The notes below the pieces were generated by a model. It was not told the DNA's origin and searched no databases. It saw nothing but the letters and a program-made list of their open reading frames with translations. The position numbers and the translations under genes were made by a program. Of a stretch of DNA of 64,000 nucleotides, positions 10,262 to 20,980 are shown in pieces (within the stretch, counting starts at the first letter, position 1; the number at the start of each line of letters is the position of its first letter). The DNA is from Elainellaceae cyanobacterium (lineage in GTDB: Bacteria; Cyanobacteriota; Cyanobacteriia; CAZCXK01). The stretch covers positions 1 through 64,000 of the forward strand of contig JBNPEG010000084.1 of NCBI GenBank assembly GCA_051117555.1, given 5' to 3'.

Positions 10262-12604
10262 TCAGCGAAGTTTAAACTTCGCGTATAGCAAGGCATTCAC
10301 TGCTGTTATAGCTAAAGCAAGCATTGCAGGAATCAGTGGCACCCACCATCCCTGAATAAAAAGTAGAAAGCAAACTCCAACTAATGCTCCCCATACGAGT
10401 AGAATTGTAAATCCAACTTTCCATCGAGACTGTGGATACAATACGATTGCACTGCCTATGACACTCCAGGAAGTAATCCAAAGTATTTCAGTCCAGGACG
10501 ACCACCATTTAATCAAAGGACGTTGATCAAACACAGCACTTAGAATTTGGCTAATCATGTGGGCTTGGACAATGACCCCTGACATCTTATCAGTACCCCG
10601 GTCGCTGCTGTAAGGAGTAAGATGCACATCAATGTTGGGACTGACTACACCAATTAATACAATGCGATCGCGCACTAATTCCGAAAGTTGCACATCTAAA
10701 GATTGGCTCAACAGTTCCCGAAGACTAATTTGATCTGGGTTAGACCCACGGTAGTTGATCAAGATTTGCTGCCCTGACACCTCTCGTTGAGGAAGCTGAT
10801 ACCCTCCAGCATCGGGTTCTAACCGTCTGAATGCCATACTTCCAATTTGAAGTCTGCCGTCAGGTTGCCAGTAGAGAGAGTAATCCGTAGTAGATTGAAT
10901 GTATTGCTGAATAGTTCGCATATTAAAGGATTGATTGGTCGGACAAATCTCGTCGGCTGGCATCTTGAGAATTTGACGGCGAATCACGCCATCCGGATCA
11001 AGAGGAACATTTGTAAAACCAATATTTGTAATTGGCAACGGGGGCGGTTCAACTCCTGGCAACTGGTCTGAAACGCGAATTCGACAGATGCCCACAAAAT
11101 TTCCCATCTGTTGCAAGTAGACTGCTAAATCTGGGGCATACGCAAAGTCGTGAATAATGTCAGATGCGACCACTGCAGGTTGATATGGTTCTAGCTTTTT
11201 TAAGAGTTGCAGGAGAGCTTCATCCGACAGTGAGCCAATCATCTTCATTCCCTGAATTTGTTGATATTGAATATCTTCCTCCTCCACTGAAACAATCAAA
11301 ATGCGTGAATCAATTCCTTCAATATTGGGGCGCAAACGCATAAATTGGTCAAAGGCTTGCAGTTCCCAGTGTTGCAAAATGCCAAGCGATCGCATCCCAA
11401 TGACTAAACTTGTCACAAGTGCACTGCCAACAAGTATCATTCGCAGCCGTTGCCACCGCATAGATTCAACACGAGGGGATGTCTGATAAACAGTTCTCAG
11501 TCGATTAGCTGTTTCAACGCCCTGCAACTGAAACCAACGAGGTGGAATAGAATCCGGATTTTGATAGATAACTGGAAGCCAACTGGCACACGGAAATAAA
11601 CCCTCTAATCCTTGAAGGCGTTCCCGTGCGTTTCGGGTTGCGAGATAGAAGGAATTTCCAGTCGCAAATGCCTCTAGAAAATATTTCAAAAATTTCTGAG
11701 CGACTTGATCAGGCACGGGTTCTCGCATCACAATTAACTGAGGAAGGCAAACTTGCTCTAGTTCATAGGCCAGTCCCATGCCGTCACAGGAATTAAAAAT
11801 TGCTAGTTGCAGCCCGCGCTCAACTGCTTGCCTAAGTCCATACTTCAATTCGTCAAGAGTTAGACTATCTTGAGCGTTGATATGAATGCGGCCAGCGTTA
11901 GTTTCGGTGTAGCTATGCCCCGCAAAAAATAGGATGTCCCATGATTGCTCCCATAATTGATCATTGATTTGCCACCGTTGGGGTTCAACTAGAAAGATGA
12001 CCTCAGCACCAGGCAGTGTTTCTAACAATCGACGGTCATCATCAATATTAATTCCAGTTGAATCGCCCAAAATCGCTAAAATCCTAACCGTATTTTGCGC
12101 TGATGCTGGAGTTCGCTGAATAGATTCAAAACTCAGAGAGCCAAAGGATACTTCTGCCTGATGATACCGTTCGATAAAATCCCATAGGTGCCACGGGAGT
12201 CGACAGACTCGCCGATCTTGAGTGCGAATCAGCACGCGAATTGGATCAGACAAATTTAAGACTTCTCGAAGCCGACGATCAATCGCCAAAAATTGCTTTG
12301 ACTCTAGCCAGGCAGATAGGCGATCGCGCAATTCATCGGCAGACTGACGAAAATCTTCGAGCTGATTAATCGACCCGTTGTAGATAATTTCTTGAGGCGT
12401 AATCCGTGTAACCGTGCCTAAGCGGCGATAGTTTTGCTGCCACTGGACCACACAAGTCGCTAACTCTACATTAGGAGGAAGATATCCAACCGTCTCGGTA
12501 TCTGGACGTTGACCCTCCGTACCCACTTCTAAGGAGACTCGGAAGCCTTGCTGCTCTAGATCTCCCTCTAACTTAAGAACCACTAACTTTCCGAGAGTTG
12601 ACAC
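10262..12604 (-). CDS. CHAT protease domain + TM + extracellular CHASE2 + 3 TM sensor
   Basis: FFAGHS and FNSCDG dyad, MREPVPD, LPVIYQN; TM; AFDQFMRLRP...DPDGVIRR...GVIVQAHMISQIL; three C-terminal TM segments. Confidence 0.92.
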   Translation of the reverse strand: MSTLGKLVVLKLEGDLEQQGFRVSLEVGTEGQRPDTETVGYLPPNVELATCVVQWQQNYRRLGTVTRITPQEIIYNGSINQLEDFRQSADELRDRLSAWLESKQFLAIDRRLREVLNLSDPIRVLIRTQDRRVCRLPWHLWDFIERYHQAEVSFGSLSFESIQRTPASAQNTVRILAILGDSTGINIDDDRRLLETLPGAEVIFLVEPQRWQINDQLWEQSWDILFFAGHSYTETNAGRIHINAQDSLTLDELKYGLRQAVERGLQLAIFNSCDGMGLAYELEQVCLPQLIVMREPVPDQVAQKFLKYFLEAFATGNSFYLATRNARERLQGLEGLFPCASWLPVIYQNPDSIPPRWFQLQGVETANRLRTVYQTSPRVESMRWQRLRMILVGSALVTSLVIGMRSLGILQHWELQAFDQFMRLRPNIEGIDSRILIVSVEEEDIQYQQIQGMKMIGSLSDEALLQLLKKLEPYQPAVVASDIIHDFAYAPDLAVYLQQMGNFVGICRIRVSDQLPGVEPPPLPITNIGFTNVPLDPDGVIRRQILKMPADEICPTNQSFNMRTIQQYIQSTTDYSLYWQPDGRLQIGSMAFRRLEPDAGGYQLPQREVSGQQILINYRGSNPDQISLRELLSQSLDVQLSELVRDRIVLIGVVSPNIDVHLTPYSSDRGTDKMSGVIVQAHMISQILSAVFDQRPLIKWWSSWTEILWITSWSVIGSAIVLYPQSRWKVGFTILLVWGALVGVCFLLFIQGWWVPLIPAMLALAITAVNALLYAKFKLR

Positions 12605-12624
12605 CTAAATGTCCTCATCATGCC

Positions 12625-13581
12625 TTATACCATAAATGTCTCGCTGATGATGATATCGCCTAACACCACCCTAATACTGAATTTTTCTCCTGTCTTTCCT
12701 CCAAATTTCAACTGAATCATTTCGGTATTGCGAGATTGTGCCTGCATGACAGGGATATCCGCTTCATCTAAGATAAGCACTTCTAACTCAGGCGGAAGTC
12801 GCGCGTGATGATTCACTGGGCACAATCGAACCCAAATATCCATTTCGGGATTTGGAGTCACCATCAGACCTACTAATAGCGCGATTTGTTCTCCCTGAGG
12901 AGCAGTTCTTAACTCGAGCAGTTTACCTCGACTGGCACTTAAACCTGCACTAGAAATTGGAACCAGTTGAATCAGGTCAGGACTGCGAAAGCTTAGCGCA
13001 GGCTGTTGAACCCTAAAGAGATCTTCGATTGATTGCCAACCGCTTTCAAAAGTATTTTGCAGCCATTGTTGAAGCTGGACAGGGACAGGAGACTGAGACG
13101 ATTGCTGAACTTGACTAAGGTAGTCAATTAAATCGTCGAGCGATCGCAACTGGTTAAGCGGTACTTCTGCCGTTGTTGAAGATGGCACAAAGCCCAGAAT
13201 TGCTGCTTCTTCTAAATCCGAATCAAATTTCACGGCAACATAGCCAATGCGATCAGACCTTGTTTCAGGTGGAATATAGCATATCTGGTCATCGGGCAAC
13301 ACAGGACGGCACTCTAGCTTTCCCACTCCTCTAATCATTAAATCAGCCGTATCCGACAAAACCTGACTAGCTAAGTTCCAACTGTTGCTAGCCTCCAAAT
13401 CGGTTTCAATACCCAGACACGTTAAGTAGAAATTCACAGCATACACTGCTAGCGTGTTGAGATAAACCCGTTTAGCATGTTGTAGATTGGGCTGTTGCTG
13501 GCGGAACTGCTCCGCAAGGCTGTGTGCTTTGAGGGTGAGTGGCACCATAATACTAAAATCATCATCGGTTGAGTTCATCAT
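12625..13581 (-). CDS. DUF1822 family protein (candidate anti-sigma)
   Basis: RVYLNTLAVYAVNFYL...GKLECRPV...DRIGYVAV...LQQWLQNTFESGWQ...FRS...GEKFSIRV. Confidence 0.88.
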   Translation of the reverse strand: MMNSTDDDFSIMVPLTLKAHSLAEQFRQQQPNLQHAKRVYLNTLAVYAVNFYLTCLGIETDLEASNSWNLASQVLSDTADLMIRGVGKLECRPVLPDDQICYIPPETRSDRIGYVAVKFDSDLEEAAILGFVPSSTTAEVPLNQLRSLDDLIDYLSQVQQSSQSPVPVQLQQWLQNTFESGWQSIEDLFRVQQPALSFRSPDLIQLVPISSAGLSASRGKLLELRTAPQGEQIALLVGLMVTPNPEMDIWVRLCPVNHHARLPPELEVLILDEADIPVMQAQSRNTEMIQLKFGGKTGEKFSIRVVLGDIIISETFMV

Positions 13582-13610
13582 GTCTTTAGCTCATATGGAT
13601 AGAGGGAGAC

Positions 13611-14270
13611 CTACGACAAATATTCTTTAAATTTAGGTTTGAATTGATCAATACGACGTTGATAGAAACTACTCAGGGTGTTGATGTTGATCCTTAGCTC
13701 GGACGAAATCTCATGCCATGTGTAGCCCGATAGCTTTCGCATGGCAATCACTTGAAACGTAGCATTCGGCCAACCGACCACATGACAGCCTGCAAACAGT
13801 CCTTCTGGGTCTTCTTCCAAACATTGTAGAATTTGTTGCGTAGGTAGCGGAACAAGGTGAGGATTTACTTCATTTGGATTATGGCGATCGAGTTCATCAA
13901 TAGACAGCCGACGAACTAGTTTGGGATCAAGCCCTTTAGGTAGAGTTGGCATAAAATCTCGACTGGCTTCGATAAAAAATCGCCGAGTCATTAGAAAATT
14001 TATCCATTGCAATACTTCTCCTCGCGCTGGTGAATAGTCATCGATGCGATCGCATACAAATAAAAACAGCCGCTGCTGTGCCTCTGCATAGATCTCACCA
14101 TAAAAGGTTTGAAATTGACCTAATCGAGGTTTAGCAAGCTTCCCGGATCTTTGAATTAGTCGCAAGAGCTTGGTGAGCGATCGCTGTCGCTCTCGACTTT
14201 TGGGTGGATGCTGCTGGGCATCCATCGCGAGTTGTTTGAGTTGACCTTCTAGATCATTAGATTCGTTCAT
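13611..14270 (-). CDS. Sigma-70/ECF-like RNA polymerase sigma factor
   Basis: Helical region-2-like segment (YAEAQQRLFLFVCDRIDDYSPARG...WINF) and C-terminal HTH (YTWHEISSELRININTLSSFYQR); first gene of the module. Confidence 0.8.
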   Translation of the reverse strand: MNESNDLEGQLKQLAMDAQQHPPKSRERQRSLTKLLRLIQRSGKLAKPRLGQFQTFYGEIYAEAQQRLFLFVCDRIDDYSPARGEVLQWINFLMTRRFFIEASRDFMPTLPKGLDPKLVRRLSIDELDRHNPNEVNPHLVPLPTQQILQCLEEDPEGLFAGCHVVGWPNATFQVIAMRKLSGYTWHEISSELRININTLSSFYQRRIDQFKPKFKEYLS

Positions 14271-14323
14271 GTGGGGGATTCTCTATACCTCATCGATGAG
14301 GAAGGACATCAACCTCTATATAG

Positions 14324-14354
14324 TTCTCAGATTAAGCAAATCACTTTTGTGCAG
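14324..14354 (-). promoter_or_regulatory. Motif B (CTGCACAAAA-N15-TGAGAA) upstream of sigma-like gene 14270
   Basis: Reverse complement reads CTGCACAAAA gtgatttgcttaatc TGAGAA; same spacing as 3 other copies. Confidence 0.7.
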
Positions 14355-14412
14355 AGTTCCGCAATTTTTTAAATCAATCAGCTTTGTAACGATATGTAAA
14401 ATAAGCCATTCA

Positions 14413-14443
14413 CTGCACAAAACTCTCGATTCTCTGATGAGAA
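14413..14443 (+). promoter_or_regulatory. Motif B upstream of the RTX gene
   Basis: CTGCACAAAA ctctcgattctctga TGAGAA, 26 nt before ATG 14470. Confidence 0.7.
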
Positions 14444-14469
14444 CACCTTGGTAGACCTATGAGAAACCT

Positions 14470-15798
14470 ATGACGATTACATTCACTGGATCGGAAACAA
14501 CCCGCAACGGCATTGTAGCCTGGCAAGCGGATGGAAGCGGGCCAGAACCATTTGGAGTTGGGCACACCATTCCACTACCATCATCTTCGTTGATAGTCAG
14601 GGCATATCAATATATAGCTTCACGAGATTACGATGGCATTGATCCGCTTTCGTCTGGAGCTGCTCGTGGATCTGGAGCAATCATTGGATTCCCAAATCTC
14701 AGCGCTGAACTGGCTGCTAACAGATTTACCCCAGCAGATTTGACTATTAGTTTTTCCCCCTTCTCGCTCGGTCAAGATATTCGAGGTCAAGACTGGTCGC
14801 TTGTAAGTACTAGTGATACACGATTTTACCGAGGGGGTGAAATTATCCTTAAATTGGCTGATCAACCATTAGCTCGTATTTCAATTGAGAAATTCACATT
14901 AGTTGGCAATATTGACCCTCAGCGTCCGAGGTTAAGTAACTCAAATTTTGCTATTTCAGAACGGACTCAAGATGTTCAACTCATTTCTACAAGTTCTACT
15001 GCATTTCAAACAGTAGGACAAAGCTTATTACGAGATATCGAAGGGTATGGTATTCGGTTTTCGTTCACTCTCCCTCAGCCCGTGCAATCCACGGAATTCG
15101 CAGGTGATGGACGATTTGGTTCGTTTTTCAGCATCCAGAATGTTCAGATTGAAACTGGAGCAGTGGTCACACAGCCAGTTCTTAATCGGTTAGGAGTTGA
15201 AGTCATTGATGGTAGACGCAGAAATGATGATTTAGTTGGCAATAATCGAGCTAATTTGATGAGGGGCGGAAATGGTCGCGATCGCCTAGACGGTGGTCGT
15301 AGAAACGATCTACTCATAGGCGGTAGAGGTAATGACATTTTGATTGGTGGGACAGGTCAAGATCGGCTTGAGGGAGATCAGGGAAGAGACACTCTTGAAG
15401 GCGATTCTGGACGAGATGTTTTGCTCGGCAACAAGGGAAGAGACAGTCTAGACGGTGGTAATGGCAACGATATTTTGGTCGGTGGATTTGGTCGAGACAT
15501 ACTCACCGGAAATTCAGGTCGCGATCGCTTTGTCTACGAATCAATTCGCGACCGGGGCGATCGCATTACTGATTTTGAAGCTCGACGAGATTTGATCGAT
15601 GTTAGTCAGTTATTGGGGGATCTCAATTTCCAAGCTCCTAATCCATTCAGACGCTATATTCGCCTCAATCAAATTGGCTCAAACACCGTCGTCAGAGTCG
15701 ATCTCAGTGGTGATTTACGTCCAAACAACTTTATACCACTGGCAACTTTAGAAGATGTCAGTGCAAATACCATTCGTAGCCGGAATTTTGCATTTTAG
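14470..15798 (+). CDS. RTX/haemolysin-type Ca-binding repeat protein, T1SS-target-like
   Basis: Multiple GGxGxDxLx nonapeptides; DRFVY...DRITDF...DLIDVS C-terminal motif. Confidence 0.88.
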   Translation: MTITFTGSETTRNGIVAWQADGSGPEPFGVGHTIPLPSSSLIVRAYQYIASRDYDGIDPLSSGAARGSGAIIGFPNLSAELAANRFTPADLTISFSPFSLGQDIRGQDWSLVSTSDTRFYRGGEIILKLADQPLARISIEKFTLVGNIDPQRPRLSNSNFAISERTQDVQLISTSSTAFQTVGQSLLRDIEGYGIRFSFTLPQPVQSTEFAGDGRFGSFFSIQNVQIETGAVVTQPVLNRLGVEVIDGRRRNDDLVGNNRANLMRGGNGRDRLDGGRRNDLLIGGRGNDILIGGTGQDRLEGDQGRDTLEGDSGRDVLLGNKGRDSLDGGNGNDILVGGFGRDILTGNSGRDRFVYESIRDRGDRITDFEARRDLIDVSQLLGDLNFQAPNPFRRYIRLNQIGSNTVVRVDLSGDLRPNNFIPLATLEDVSANTIRSRNFAF

Positions 15799-16011
15799 AA
15801 CTATCAAAGCTGCCCTGGAAGTAGCGCAAATGCTGAAACATCCTACCGATCGACAGCAAATAGCTTTCAATTGTGCCAAAAGGCTGGCAAATCCTAGGAA
15901 AGACTAGTGCGTAGTTTCTTAGACCTCTTAAAGAGTTTCCGAAATAGAAATCTAAACGAGTCTGTTGAGTCAATTCTTAAAAAATTCATGTCATTCTACA
16001 GGAGCTAAACC

Positions 16012-16485
16012 ATGACTTCTAAAAATGTAAACGTACCTATGGGCAAAGATGAAAAAGTGTTAGGAGAATGCGTTCTGAGCTATTCAATCTTGCTTTTCTT
16101 CATAAAGTCCAAGTTCTACTTAACCAACAAGCGGCTGATTGCTACTATTCCTAACGTCATCCTTTTTATTATTCCGCTTGGAGAGAATACGGCAACTTAT
16201 ACTCTCAGAAATGTTTCTGCAATAACTACGGTTATAAAATTCAAATTCTTCAGTCTCGTATTAGCATCAATCATACTTTTAGTGGGCTTCAGTCTTCTTA
16301 GTCAATCTCCTGTTGGGATAGTCCTTCTACTAATAGGGGTAGTGATGGCAATTGAGAGTTTTGTAACCCAAATTAGATTGCAATCTGCTGGAAATGCGGG
16401 AGTCTCTTACCGAGTTGCAGTTTGGGAAAAAGCAAAAGCACAGCAATTCTCTAACCAGGTTAATCAGGCACTTGCAGATCTATAA
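16012..16485 (+). CDS. Small membrane protein, possible bacterial PH-like N-terminus
   Basis: GGAG RBS; FYLTNKRLI motif; hydrophobic segments. Confidence 0.65.
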   Translation: MTSKNVNVPMGKDEKVLGECVLSYSILLFFIKSKFYLTNKRLIATIPNVILFIIPLGENTATYTLRNVSAITTVIKFKFFSLVLASIILLVGFSLLSQSPVGIVLLLIGVVMAIESFVTQIRLQSAGNAGVSYRVAVWEKAKAQQFSNQVNQALADL

Positions 16486-16624
16486 ATTGCTTGGCTTCGA
16501 CAAAGCTAGAAATAATTTATCAAAATCAGGAGAAAATTAACGGAAGCGTATCTTGGCTTGGCGATGGTCGATCCTTCAGCGCATCACCAATATAAACGCT
16601 AAGCCATATAAATTTTTCCGCTAC

Positions 16625-16655
16625 CTGCACAAAACGTGTTGATTATGACTGAGAC
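16625..16655 (+). promoter_or_regulatory. Motif B upstream of PPC gene 16892
   Basis: CTGCACAAAA cgtgttgattatgac TGAGAC. Confidence 0.65.
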
Positions 16656-16891
16656 ATCAATGATGGCGATCGCTCCAATGCACTAGTACTATCCACATTC
16701 AATCCTAAAGAATGAGTAAAGGAGATCCGAATATCGCGAGACTAACCTTAAGATTTCACTAAAATCGTATCGTCGCGAAAAATAGTGAGTCGAGAGTCAA
16801 TAGCTGTTGCTGAATTAGCGTCTTAACTCACCTTGGTGCTCAAATCTCCGAATATTACCAATCCCCCAATTATCTAAACCCAGGTATCACT

Positions 16892-17596
16892 ATGCCCCGG
16901 AAAGCATTTGACAGGTTTGATGCTGCTAAAAACGTTGGGAAAATTCGTCGCCAGAAATCTCTTAAAGGTGTAATCACTCCGTCTGATAGGGTTGACTTCT
17001 TTGAGATGAGACTAACCAATCGCAGTAGTTTCTCGATTCTTCCCAAGAGGGTGAAGTCAACTCTCAAGATCAAGCTCTTTAACAGCGATGAATCGTCGCT
17101 CGGCAGGATTAGGTTCAAGAAAGGTCAAAAAGGTAAATCTCTTGAGCGGGACCTCAAATCTGGAACGTACTATGTTCAAGTTCAGGGACGAGTCAAGAGT
17201 GGTAATAGTCGATATAAGCTAAAACTAGGCGCACAGCGGCTGCCTGAAGAACCTGGCGAGAATATGGCAACTGCATTTAATATCGGCCAGATTTCTGGAA
17301 CTCAGCAGTATTCAGAATTTGTTGGGACAAATGATCCATCGGATTTTTACAAATTCACTGTCGCTCAAAACAGCAATCTTGAGGTTCGCTTTGCTAGTCC
17401 ATCCGCCCAAACTGAGGTAGACCTAATTGCTGACCTTAACAACAATGGTTTGATTGATTCTGGTGAAGGCATTAATGGTCGATACGGTTCAAGTGGTGCC
17501 TTTTTTGAACCATTGGCAGCTGGAACCTATTTCCTGAAAATTAATCCCAGATTCAGCAGCACTTCTACTCAATACGACCTGACAGTAGTTATTTAG
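16892..17596 (+). CDS. Two-PPC-domain protein, possibly truncated
   Basis: DRVDFFEM...LKSGTYYVQV and DPSDFYKF...LAAGTYFLKI. Confidence 0.75.
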   Translation: MPRKAFDRFDAAKNVGKIRRQKSLKGVITPSDRVDFFEMRLTNRSSFSILPKRVKSTLKIKLFNSDESSLGRIRFKKGQKGKSLERDLKSGTYYVQVQGRVKSGNSRYKLKLGAQRLPEEPGENMATAFNIGQISGTQQYSEFVGTNDPSDFYKFTVAQNSNLEVRFASPSAQTEVDLIADLNNNGLIDSGEGINGRYGSSGAFFEPLAAGTYFLKINPRFSSTSTQYDLTVVI

Positions 17597-17836
17597 TAAA
17601 CTCAAATACACGATCGCCGTAATGACGAATTAGAAAAAAGGCGAACTGAGTCCGCGGGCAACTACGTCTAAAAGGAAAGTTTACGAATTTTCATCCTTGA
17701 GTAAATTTTCAATAAGCCGTATCAGAGGCTACCAAATTCTCTGGAAATTTATTTGGCAGTCCTCCATAATAACGGCGGGGCAATATGCATTCCTTAACCC
17801 ACAGTCGCTCAATCCACTGATATCGGAGAAAGATGA

Positions 17837-18880
17837 ATGAAATCAGTTCGATGGTTTAATGTGTTGGCATGTTCGGCAACGTTAGCGGCAGTTCTTGGAT
17901 TGATTGCAAAAGAGGCGATCGCCGAAACTGAAACAGCACAGTTAGGAAATGTTCGAGAGGATGGTTGGCAGCGTGTGCAACAAGCCTATCAAGGGAACGA
18001 TCGCCAACAGTTTTTTAGAGAACTCCGTGCGTTTCTGCAAGAAACTGGCTACACCAATGTCCAACCCCCAGCTTCGTCTCAGGTGGAGCAACCAAGGTTA
18101 GTTACAAGCCCAGGGACGAATTCTGGGACAAGTTCTGGGGCGATCGCGCAGAATTCCTCCGGAATTCTATTACAGCGACAAGGTACGCTGCAAAGAGGCG
18201 ATTCTGTCTTACCTTCAGATGGTTCACTGTATGACGAATATACGTTTGAAGGGCGCGCAGGGCAGCAGGTCACGATCTCGTTAGAAAGTCCTGACTTTGA
18301 TACCTACTTGATTCTGCTCGGTCCAAACGACGATGTTGTGGCTCAGAATGATGATGTCAGTGCAACTAATTTGAACTCGTCATTAACTGTGACACTGCCC
18401 AGCAATGGGACATATAGGGTGATTGCGAACTCATACAGCAGTGGCGATCGAGGAGGATATGAATTAACTGTTACTGGTCAATCTCAGTCTATTACCAATC
18501 GCGCACCACAATCTCTTGAAAATACTACTTTAGAAGATTTGCCGGACGGAGACTATGTATTTGAAGGGCCACGAGCACCCAATCCTGACGCTACAGAGTC
18601 GGGAAATATTGAAGTTGTTTTCCGAAAAAATGGCAGTATTCTCACGGGTAGCGCCATCGCTTTTTTAGATGAAAACGGATGTTTTAGAGGTGAAGCGCGT
18701 CAGAATTCAATAATCAATTCTACTCATGCGGCCTATGACATGGATAATGAAGAATTCATGTTTTCTAGAAATCAGCAACCGTGGGATTTCGATGAATATC
18801 GCTTACGTACGTTTCAACTCAACACCTCTTATCAATGGATTATTCAGAGATGTGTTCGAGCTTTTGAGAGCAGGAACTAA
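17837..18880 (+). CDS. Secreted PPC-domain protein
   Basis: Signal peptide; DGSLYDEYTFEGRAGQQVTISLESPDFDTYLIL...NDD...GTYRVIANSY. Confidence 0.85.
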   Translation: MKSVRWFNVLACSATLAAVLGLIAKEAIAETETAQLGNVREDGWQRVQQAYQGNDRQQFFRELRAFLQETGYTNVQPPASSQVEQPRLVTSPGTNSGTSSGAIAQNSSGILLQRQGTLQRGDSVLPSDGSLYDEYTFEGRAGQQVTISLESPDFDTYLILLGPNDDVVAQNDDVSATNLNSSLTVTLPSNGTYRVIANSYSSGDRGGYELTVTGQSQSITNRAPQSLENTTLEDLPDGDYVFEGPRAPNPDATESGNIEVVFRKNGSILTGSAIAFLDENGCFRGEARQNSIINSTHAAYDMDNEEFMFSRNQQPWDFDEYRLRTFQLNTSYQWIIQRCVRAFESRN

Positions 18881-19020
18881 TTTTCCCTAAATATTCTTTG
18901 CGAAAGCGAAAGCTATTGAAATGCGCCAAAACAGCTACGAAGAATATACTCGACACAACTTGCAAGACGATATTTATCTCTCCTGCCCACAGTCGGTTTT
19001 AATATGCGAGGTGATGAATA

Positions 19021-20901
19021 ATGTATAAATGGTTGACAAATACATTACTAAATACAGCTAAAGCTTCTATGACTTTAAGTATCATAGGAGCAGCACCTCA
19101 ATTCACAGACAATATTCCTAAGACCGCTTTAGTCGCAGGAAGTGGCATTGCAGGGGGAATGATTGGAGGTGGAGTAGTTGTTTTAGCAACTACTAAACGA
19201 GATAGACATTCTTTGAAGAATATAACGTCTTTTGATGAATCCGTACGATCCCTGCAAAGTGAGATTAGGAAGATCGATACAATTCAAGAGTCTGTCAAAG
19301 ATTTTGCGAAAACCCAATATCAGCTTTCACAGAAAGTCAATGGTATTCCAAACCAGTTACAACAAAAATTTCAGGATAGGTTGTCCGAATTCGAGACACT
19401 TCATAAAATAATGAAGCATCTTGTTAATGAACAACAACAAATTCGGAGTGATGTAGTAGATTTAGTTGAGCTTGTAAAAGGATTTCAGTCTAATACAACC
19501 AATAAATTTGAAACTTCATCTCAAAATTCGATTCATAGACACGTTGATTTAATAGCAAGGAATGAAACGACAGGAGAGACAGGAGATGAACCAGAATCAG
19601 AGCTGGAATTAGATGATGTTCAAGAGGCTATAGCATGGCTTGAAACCAATCGTGTAAATGTTGAGAGCCATCGTCAATTAGAAAGCAAGATTGACATTAG
19701 ATTTAATGATATTGCAGTTTTTTTAGGCAAACACTTTAACCATCTCGAACCCTTGTATAGGAGGATCAAGCAAAGCTTACGAAACCACACAGACTTTAGA
19801 CTGAGCCTTAAAGATGATCCTCATAAGCAGAGAAAAATCAGCCTTGGCACTCAGTTTTGTAGGAAGCTAAAAGATGCAGCTATACTCTCATCACCTAGAT
19901 ACTACTTCTCGAACGAAAAATTTTTCCGAGGTTCGCTACATCCTGAACCAGATGTCATTAATTTCTTTAATGGAAGTTGGTTTGAATATTTCATAGCTGA
20001 TCAGGTTATCGACCTTCTTAATCGCCGAGACTTAAACTATCAGTATTTGCGGAACCTAACTGTATCGTCTCCCAATTCTGATAGCTTTGAGATAGACTTG
20101 TTTTTTCTGATTGAAGGGAAACCACTCTGGATTGAGTGCAAAGCAGGTGCAGACTATGACTCATCTTTGAGGACGTATTCTCAGCGTCGTGAACTGCTCT
20201 CTTTATCTCAATCTAGTTCTCTCCTAGTCGTGTTAGATCTTGACGAAGATCTAGCAGAAATTCGCACAGAGAGATACGGAATCACAGTTGCTAATCGAGA
20301 AATTTTTCTTCAGAAAATTGAGAAATTGTTAGACTCTGTTGATGAATTTGATCCCTTAGAAGATCAAGCTGATCAAATCGAACAAATAGATTCTCATGAT
20401 CCTAGTATTCTCAACATAGAGGCTTTTAAGAAAGTTCAACCTGTGCCAGAATATCGCAGCATCATCATTGGTTCACTCATTAAACTCTTTGAGGACACTC
20501 AGAAACCTAGAAGCTGTAATCAAATTAAGAGTATCTTAGCTAAGCAGTTGGCTAAAGTCGGGGTCTCTGGGAAAAAAATCGAAGCGATTCTAAAGGTTAT
20601 TTTGAGGTCAAAATGCTTTCTAGATAAAGATGGCAAACCCGTTTCATCGTTTAGTAAGCCTGTCACAACATTAAAATCTTTAGATCCTGCCTGGATTGAG
20701 GGTCAATGCATCGAACGGTATGCTAAACAGGTCTTACTTTATGATCCCAATTTTTTTGGTCAACCTAATAATATGCGCCAGTTTGAAAATTTCATTGGTG
20801 GTCGTGCCCCTGAAGAAGGTACTATTAATGCATTGAAATCCAGACTGAATAATTCTCAAGATTCTGAAGAGAATTCTGACAATATTGATGACATTGAGTA
20901 A
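19021..20901 (+). CDS. Membrane-anchored coiled-coil protein with PD-(D/E)XK nuclease-like (DUF1887/Card1-like) domain
   Basis: N-terminal Gly-rich hydrophobic segment, coiled coil, FFNGSWFEY...FEIDLFF...WIECKAG. Confidence 0.7.
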   Translation: MYKWLTNTLLNTAKASMTLSIIGAAPQFTDNIPKTALVAGSGIAGGMIGGGVVVLATTKRDRHSLKNITSFDESVRSLQSEIRKIDTIQESVKDFAKTQYQLSQKVNGIPNQLQQKFQDRLSEFETLHKIMKHLVNEQQQIRSDVVDLVELVKGFQSNTTNKFETSSQNSIHRHVDLIARNETTGETGDEPESELELDDVQEAIAWLETNRVNVESHRQLESKIDIRFNDIAVFLGKHFNHLEPLYRRIKQSLRNHTDFRLSLKDDPHKQRKISLGTQFCRKLKDAAILSSPRYYFSNEKFFRGSLHPEPDVINFFNGSWFEYFIADQVIDLLNRRDLNYQYLRNLTVSSPNSDSFEIDLFFLIEGKPLWIECKAGADYDSSLRTYSQRRELLSLSQSSSLLVVLDLDEDLAEIRTERYGITVANREIFLQKIEKLLDSVDEFDPLEDQADQIEQIDSHDPSILNIEAFKKVQPVPEYRSIIIGSLIKLFEDTQKPRSCNQIKSILAKQLAKVGVSGKKIEAILKVILRSKCFLDKDGKPVSSFSKPVTTLKSLDPAWIEGQCIERYAKQVLLYDPNFFGQPNNMRQFENFIGGRAPEEGTINALKSRLNNSQDSEENSDNIDDIE

Positions 20902-20980
20902 TGGTTTTGAGTAATGCTTCTCTGAAACATGAATCGTAAAGTAAATATCGAATTAAAGATTACCAGGATGGTATATAAAT